Shown here one piece after another: positions 26,291-31,326 of a stretch of 31,326 nt of DNA. Where the stretch lies: positions 1 through 31,326 of the IMG/VR virus record IMGVR_UViG_3300027690_000117; one strand, written 5' to 3'. The notes under the pieces were generated by a model. The model did no database searches. It was not told where the DNA came from and saw nothing but the letters and a program-made list of their open reading frames with translations. The position numbers and the translations under genes were made by a program. Numbering within the stretch: the stretch's first letter is position 1; each line of letters begins with the position of its first letter. Origin of the DNA: a virus. Taxonomy: Duplodnaviria; Caudoviricetes.

Positions 26291-27604
26291 CTAAACGATC
26301 CGTTCCTGTTCGGCCGCCTCTTCGCTGACCAGGCCGTGCCTGACCAGCTCCTTGACCACGGCCGGCTTGTCCAGGTAGCCCTTGTCGCCCAGCTCGACGA
26401 AGAGCCGGCCCAGGGCCTCGGAGAGGCTCTCCAGGTCGAAGCGGCGGTTGTACTCGATCTCGATGGGCTCGGCCCCGGCCCCGACCCAGGCCGCGGCCAG
26501 GCTCCAGAGCGATTTCTCGGCCTCCTCGAAGTTGACCGCCCGCTCCTCCAGGGAGGCCACGAACTCGGCCCGGTCCAGCCGCCTCTTGGCCGCCGACTCG
26601 ACTCCGGCCGTGGCCTTGTACTCGCCGATCTGCTTGACGGCGATGCGGAAGATATCCTGCTTGATCTCGGCCACCGTGGCCCGCAGGGACTCGATGGCCA
26701 CGCCCGAGTGCTCGATGAAGCGGGCCTCGTCGCCGGGCCTGAACTGGAGGGCCCGCGACTGGGAGAGTTCCACCTCGGCCACCTCCTCGTCGGTGAAGAT
26801 GACCAACTGGGGGAAGCCGGCCCAGTACTCGGCCTCGTCCAGGATGGAGGTCTTCTGGTAGAGGGCGTGGTTGAGGGGGGCGATGTCCTCGATGGTCGAC
26901 TCGCCCAGGAACTGGCCGGCCTTGAGGTTGTAGACGCAGACCAGGGGGACCAGACCCAGGGGGTTCTCGCCCTCGGCCACCTTGACCGGGGCCTCGTGGG
27001 GCTGGCGGCTGTGGAAGAGGGCCCAGGCGTCGGGCGTCCAGACCCGGTAGCGGGGCGGGCCGCCCCTCTCGTCCGGCTCGGCCAGGACGACCCGGTTGAG
27101 CCGGCCGAAGGCCAGGGGGTCGTTCAGCTCGAACTCCCAGTCCAGGACCTGCTGGGGCGAGAGGCAGACAAAGTAGGGCCTCAGGTTCCAGGCCAGTTCC
27201 TCGGCCCGGGTGGCCGGGTCCAGCCCGGCCGGGGCGTCGACCAGGACAAAGGCGTGGCCCTCCACGCCAGCGGCGGTGGTCACCTGGCGCATGAAGGCGT
27301 TGATGCCCGAGCCGAAGCGGTCCACGTCGCCGGTCAGGCCGGCCAGGGGCTCGGGCAGGCCGCGCCGGGGCTTGCGCCGCCAGAGGTGGGAGACGAAGAG
27401 ATGGACGATGGGCTTGCAGAAGTTGGGGTAGCGCGAGTCCTGGAGCCGGCGGCGGAAGTTGCGCTCGCTCTCCCGCTCGTGGCGGGAGAGGTAGCCGCGG
27501 CTGAGGTAGGCCAGCCCGCCCTGGTAGTGGTCGCGCAGGAACCGCCAGCGGGCCAGGTTGGCCCTGTGGAGGGGGTGACGCTGGGTCAGGTCGAGTTTGT
27601 CCAT
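26291..27604 (-). CDS. Portal protein (SPP1-like)
   Basis: HP...W...RD.Y.GG, YL..H.RE....F..RL, G.AFVLVD, N.LG.VP.V and ESA motifs. Start moved to MDKLDL. Confidence 0.9.
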   Translation of the reverse strand: MDKLDLTQRHPLHRANLARWRFLRDHYQGGLAYLSRGYLSRHERESERNFRRRLQDSRYPNFCKPIVHLFVSHLWRRKPRRGLPEPLAGLTGDVDRFGSGINAFMRQVTTAAGVEGHAFVLVDAPAGLDPATRAEELAWNLRPYFVCLSPQQVLDWEFELNDPLAFGRLNRVVLAEPDERGGPPRYRVWTPDAWALFHSRQPHEAPVKVAEGENPLGLVPLVCVYNLKAGQFLGESTIEDIAPLNHALYQKTSILDEAEYWAGFPQLVIFTDEEVAEVELSQSRALQFRPGDEARFIEHSGVAIESLRATVAEIKQDIFRIAVKQIGEYKATAGVESAAKRRLDRAEFVASLEERAVNFEEAEKSLWSLAAAWVGAGAEPIEIEYNRRFDLESLSEALGRLFVELGDKGYLDKPAVVKELVRHGLVSEEAAEQERIV

Positions 27605-27694
27605 GGGCGGCCGGTCCTTTGTCAAGAGGTTGGGGGGCGGCCGGGGGCCGCCATAAGAAAGGCTCGAAGCGGCTGCCGGGCCGGCCCGAGGCCG

Positions 27695-27730
27695 AAAAAA
27701 AGACCGCCGGATGAAGACCATCCGGCGGCT
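27695..27730 (-). terminator. Terminator downstream of the HicAB-SecB operon
   Basis: GCCGCCGGATG-gtctt-CATCCGGCGGT followed by CTTTTTTT. Confidence 0.75.
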
Positions 27731-27962
27731 TCTCGCCCGGCGCACCTTTTCGAGCTTGGGCCAATGATACGGGTTCAAGAGGGGGTGGTCAAGTGGGCTA
27801 AAGTCGGCTCAATTGCTCATTCAGTCGCAGAGGGACTCAACGTTGGACAATGGGCTGAACCTCTATAGGGTAGATCTAGGCTGGAGCTGGAATATCCCCT
27901 GACAGATTCAGTGCCAGGGGATAAACCAAGTCAAGGAGACGCCTGTTGACGGAGGGCCTGGA

Positions 27963-28460
27963 TCAATCCTTTCTGATCGAAGCTGGCAATGTCTTGAACA
28001 AGGGCATCGTGATGGGAGGTAGACCCATTCGGGTGCTAGTCGATTGCACGAACTCCCGAAAATAGGGCCAGACGTTCAGTGGCAGACTGGTTTTCGAGTA
28101 CATCTCGAAGAATTCCTGCGGCAGTCGCTCGGCTGATTCGTAAACCAAGTCGTATTCGCACTTTATCCTAAGGAAAGCCTTCCTTGAGCCCTTGCTTCGA
28201 GCCAGAAGATTGTAGGTGACGAGAACCTCAACACGCCCTTCTTCGTTGAGCATCATCTCTGCGTGATCGCTGATGTTTATTATTAGAGTTTCAACATATG
28301 GAGGAGGGTCACCCGATAGATCGGCTCTGAAGCTCCTGATCGAGATCGAAACGAGCCCTAACCCCCGTAGAAGGCGCCGGTATTCTCCCTGTTCTATTCC
28401 GCCGTTGGTTTTCTTGTCCAGAGCTCCGCGAGTCTTGGCCCGCCGCTCCTGTGCAGTCAT
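27963..28460 (-). CDS. SecB-like chaperone
   Basis: C-terminal WPYFREFVQSTSTRMGLPPITMP is the SecB-family signature. Start at ATG 28460 or TTG 28469 behind AGGAG. Confidence 0.85.
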   Translation of the reverse strand: MTAQERRAKTRGALDKKTNGGIEQGEYRRLLRGLGLVSISIRSFRADLSGDPPPYVETLIINISDHAEMMLNEEGRVEVLVTYNLLARSKGSRKAFLRIKCEYDLVYESAERLPQEFFEMYSKTSLPLNVWPYFREFVQSTSTRMGLPPITMPLFKTLPASIRKD

Positions 28461-28488
28461 TCGGGGCAATATATGTCTCCTGGTGTTG

Positions 28489-29022
28489 TCAGGCCGCTTC
28501 TTCCACAGCGGTCTCGTCTGGAAGACCTGTAAGCAATCGGATGCCAGAGACCTCAACCAATGCCCACCGCTCCGTCAGGTGCCTGGTCAGAAAATCCAAC
28601 TTCTTTTCCAACCGGTGGTTATGATCGCTTGCATGTTTAAGGGTCAGGGCGCCAGACAGCAGATACGTGACCAACTGATTGAGGCTGACTCCGTCCTGCT
28701 CGGCCGCTTCCGCGAGAGCTCTATGCAGGCTTTTAGGCATCCTAACGACAAATTTGCCACTGTACTCCTGGTCGAGTATCCTCGGCTGAGGAACCGTTTC
28801 ACCTCGCTCCGAGTATTCTTGCAGCAACTCTCCTGCCAGAACCTCAAGGTTTTCAAGCGCCTCACCTCGAGAGTCGCCGTCGCCGACAAACGCGTAGCTG
28901 CCGAGCTCAGGAATCGACGCCTCATAGCCACCCCCCAGTTTCTCCGGAATGGGGGTGATTTTTATCTCATACTTGTCGGCTAATTCTTTAGCCTTGTTTG
29001 CCTTTCCCACAACTTCCTCCAC
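28489..29022 (-). CDS. hicB: HicB-family antitoxin with RHH domain and C-terminal extension
   Basis: GGYEASIPELG...GDS..EALENL...GE.VP.P, then YSGKFVVRMPKSLHRALAEAAEQDGVSLNQLV, then ~50 extra residues. Confidence 0.9.
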   Translation of the reverse strand: MEEVVGKANKAKELADKYEIKITPIPEKLGGGYEASIPELGSYAFVGDGDSRGEALENLEVLAGELLQEYSERGETVPQPRILDQEYSGKFVVRMPKSLHRALAEAAEQDGVSLNQLVTYLLSGALTLKHASDHNHRLEKKLDFLTRHLTERWALVEVSGIRLLTGLPDETAVEEAA

Positions 29023-29038
29023 TTTGGTCGCGTCGGTC

Positions 29039-29332
29039 TCAATCTATTTCAACGTCCGGAAACTCTTCTGGGTTAAGAACAATCACTGCCTTTGCCAGAG
29101 TCCTCAGATACCAGCCTTTGACTTTCTGGCCTCCCTTGACGGGAACGGTAAACTCACCATTCGGTCCGAAGCCAAGATGCCCGGCTAAGCGATGATCGGT
29201 GACAACCAAGTGCTTGTGATATTGAAATTGCCCCTGGAAATATCGCTCAAGAACAGCCTCCACGGTCTTCTTGGGGGCGTCCACAGGCGGTGATTCATAC
29301 CATTGAATGATCCGCTTCCGTATACTACTCAT
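29039..29332 (-). CDS. hicA: HicA-family toxin (mRNA interferase), probable
   Basis: 97 aa directly upstream of hicB; P.D......EAVLE.Y, H.VV, FTVPVKGGQKVKGWYLR pattern. Confidence 0.7.
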   Translation of the reverse strand: MSSIRKRIIQWYESPPVDAPKKTVEAVLERYFQGQFQYHKHLVVTDHRLAGHLGFGPNGEFTVPVKGGQKVKGWYLRTLAKAVIVLNPEEFPDVEID

Positions 29333-29467
29333 GCACGTGTTGAACTGCAGCCGACTACTGCCTCAGTTCACCCGGCCCCCGGCAAGGCATTTTAGAAGAC
29401 CTTGGATTGTAACTCAGTCGCTTTCTCCGCAGTGCCTATCATCAGAGAGACGAACCTTACGGGACTC

Positions 29468-29495
29468 ATAGTACTACGGACAGTACTGAAGTCAA
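29468..29495 (-). promoter_or_regulatory. Promoter with tandem palindromic operators for the TA operon
   Basis: TTGACT-16 nt-TACTAT overlapped by the palindromes CAGTACTG (29481-29488) and TAGTACTA (29469-29476). Confidence 0.6.
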
Positions 29496-29662
29496 GACTA
29501 AAAAATGCAGACTATCCACCTAACATCTTGATCTCTCTTTCTTTTCCATTGCTCTTTTACTGATTAGGCAACAGGATGTTGTGGGAGCTCGACAGACACC
29601 CACCAGTTGTTGATTTTCGGCAAGGTTCCAGCCATCGGCTCCCCCCGGCCGCCCGCCGGCCG

Positions 29663-30922
29663 TCAATACCTGAACCCCCTCACCTTGCCCCGGATGGGAA
29701 ACTCCCGGCTGACGAAGTAGCCCAGGGCGTCCGAGGCGTGGCTGCGCCGGGGGTCGCTTTTGTCGATGAGGGCCCCGCTCTGGGAGCCGGCCAGCCAGGT
29801 CAGGCGCTCCAGGTCCTCGATCAGCTCCCGGCACCTGGGGTCGATGGCCAGCCCGACCTGGCCCCGGGCGTTCCTCAGGCGGGCGTTCAGGGCGTTGATC
29901 CGGTCCTTGACCGGGGGGTTGGCCTTGGGCACCTTGAGCCGGGCCGCGGGGAGGACCTCCTTGATGATGGCGTAGTCGGTCCGGCCGACCTGGCGGGTGT
30001 CGCGACGGCGGCCGGCCGCGTCGCCGTAAACGAACAGGTCTTCGCCAGCGCCGGGGTAGCGGGCCAGGAACTCCTGGGCCGCGGCGGCCGTGTCGGCCTC
30101 GTGGAGGACGATCTCGTCCAGGACCAGGATCAGCCCGTCCCGGCACTGGATGATCAGCCAGACCATGGGGTTGACGTTGAAGTCGCAGGCCAGGCCGACC
30201 GGCCGGCCCGCCTCGAAGTCCAGGGGCCGGACGTGGGCGGCCCGGTCAAAGGGGTGGTAGATCCGGCCCGAGGTAGTGTTCACGAAGCGGCCCTCCAGGT
30301 ACTGCTCGGCCAGGAGAGGCGGATAGATCTCCCGCAGACGGGCCTCGTAAGCCGGGCCGAGGAAGACGTTCTGCCGGGTCGGAGCGAAGAAGACCTCACA
30401 ATCGGCCGGCGGCTCGGCGATGAAGGCCCGGTGGAGCCAGTTGAAGCCCTCGGGCGTGGTGGTGATGAAGAGCTGCCTCTGGCTGGCCGCCGGGTGGCGC
30501 ACCCGAGAGAGGATGACGTGCCAGGCCGCCTCCTTCATCTGGGCCGCCTCGTCCAGCCCGGCCCAGGCCAGGTTGGTCCCCTTGAGCCGGGCCGGCCTGT
30601 CGGCCGAGCGGAGCCAGACCTCGCTGCCCCAGTCCAGGACTATCCTAGCCTGGCTGGCCAGATAGCGGTGCGGCACCTGGTAGGCTTCGAGCAGCTCCCG
30701 AAGGAGCCCGCCGGTCACCTCCACGGCCATCCGCTCGGTCGGAGCGGCCAGGAGTCCGGGCAGGCCCGGGTTGGCCGCGGCCAGGGCCAGGGCCTTCATG
30801 GCGCAGACGTGGGTCTTGCCCGCCCCGAAGCCGCCGATGTAGACGGCCTGAAAGGCCCGGCAGAGGAAGAAGCGGCGCTGGGCCGGCAGGGCCTGGAAGT
30901 TGATGGTGATTCGTCTGGACAA
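29663..30922 (-). CDS. terL: Terminase large subunit
   Basis: Walker A GGFGAGKT, Walker B WAGLDEAA, TTTPEG motif, nuclease motifs CDFNVNPM and HASDALGY. Confidence 0.95.
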   Translation of the reverse strand: MSRRITINFQALPAQRRFFLCRAFQAVYIGGFGAGKTHVCAMKALALAAANPGLPGLLAAPTERMAVEVTGGLLRELLEAYQVPHRYLASQARIVLDWGSEVWLRSADRPARLKGTNLAWAGLDEAAQMKEAAWHVILSRVRHPAASQRQLFITTTPEGFNWLHRAFIAEPPADCEVFFAPTRQNVFLGPAYEARLREIYPPLLAEQYLEGRFVNTTSGRIYHPFDRAAHVRPLDFEAGRPVGLACDFNVNPMVWLIIQCRDGLILVLDEIVLHEADTAAAAQEFLARYPGAGEDLFVYGDAAGRRRDTRQVGRTDYAIIKEVLPAARLKVPKANPPVKDRINALNARLRNARGQVGLAIDPRCRELIEDLERLTWLAGSQSGALIDKSDPRRSHASDALGYFVSREFPIRGKVRGFRY

Positions 30923-30957
30923 GGCGCTCTTGGGGCGGCCCCGGAGGACGGCTCGGC

Positions 30958-31326
30958 TCAGTCGCCCTCAGGGGCGTCGGTGACGATCAGCTCGACCACC
31001 AGCTTGTCGGACCGGCTGGGCTCAGACTGGTTCAGGAGCTGGAGATAGAACTTCTGGTGCTGGATGGAGCCCTGCTTGGCCTTGGCGGCCAGGGACTTGA
31101 GCACGTGCAGGCGCTCCAGGTCGCGGCTGGCCGCGAAGGGGGCCCTGATGGTCTCCTTGAGCCGACGCCGGAACTCCGGATCGCTCTCCAGCCACTCGGC
31201 GATGGTTCCCGGCGGCAGGCCGGCCTCCTCCTCGATCCGGGACGGCGAGCGCTCGTCCTCGGGGTTGGCCAGGGCGGCCAGGACGAGCTCCTTGAGGTCC
31301 TGATGTTCGGTGACGGTCCGGCCCAT
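30958..31326 (-). CDS. Terminase small subunit (HTH), probable
   Basis: 122 aa directly upstream of terL; HTH-like IEEEAGLPPGTIAEWLESDPEF, then LAAKAKQGSIQHQKFYLQL. Confidence 0.7.
   Translation of the reverse strand: MGRTVTEHQDLKELVLAALANPEDERSPSRIEEEAGLPPGTIAEWLESDPEFRRRLKETIRAPFAASRDLERLHVLKSLAAKAKQGSIQHQKFYLQLLNQSEPSRSDKLVVELIVTDAPEGD

Noticed and set aside
26283-27764. 493-aa alternate-frame ORF overlapping the portal gene
   Set aside because: Pro/Arg/Gly-rich translation typical of an off-frame read of GC-rich DNA.
430-31048. Many long plus-strand ORFs (e.g. 6308-7738, 18926-20212, 23559-24542, 26336-27868, 29576-31048)
   Set aside because: They are antisense shadows of high-GC minus-strand genes and carry no recognisable motifs.

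Overview
The window is a single minus-strand, siphovirus-type virion morphogenesis module of a phage or prophage. In transcription order it runs: small terminase, large terminase, [inserted HicA-HicB-SecB toxin-antitoxin-chaperone operon], portal, scaffold, major capsid, [GT9 glycosyltransferase, small ORF, DUF4254-like protein, palindromic repeats], head-tail connectors, a second glycosyltransferase-like gene, tail tube, tail assembly chaperone with a clear -1 frameshift signal, tape-measure region, then distal tail, hub and fibre genes. The most unusual part is the ~13 kb tape-measure region (4649-17630). Instead of one tape measure protein (TMP) gene it holds a tandem array: one full-length TMP, two intact shorter TMP paralogs and two TMP N-terminal relics. 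These are interleaved with five paralogous single-pass membrane protein genes (one with a nonsense codon) and one unrelated membrane gene. Each membrane gene has a conserved sigma70-like promoter, and three are followed by a terminator. The TMP paralogs share conserved N-terminal and central blocks around a hypervariable, lower-GC domain. This resembles a polymorphic TMP plus cognate immunity/exclusion cassette system; the function is inferred, not shown. No integrase, replication, lysis or RNA genes were seen. All family calls come from motif recognition by eye, not database searches.
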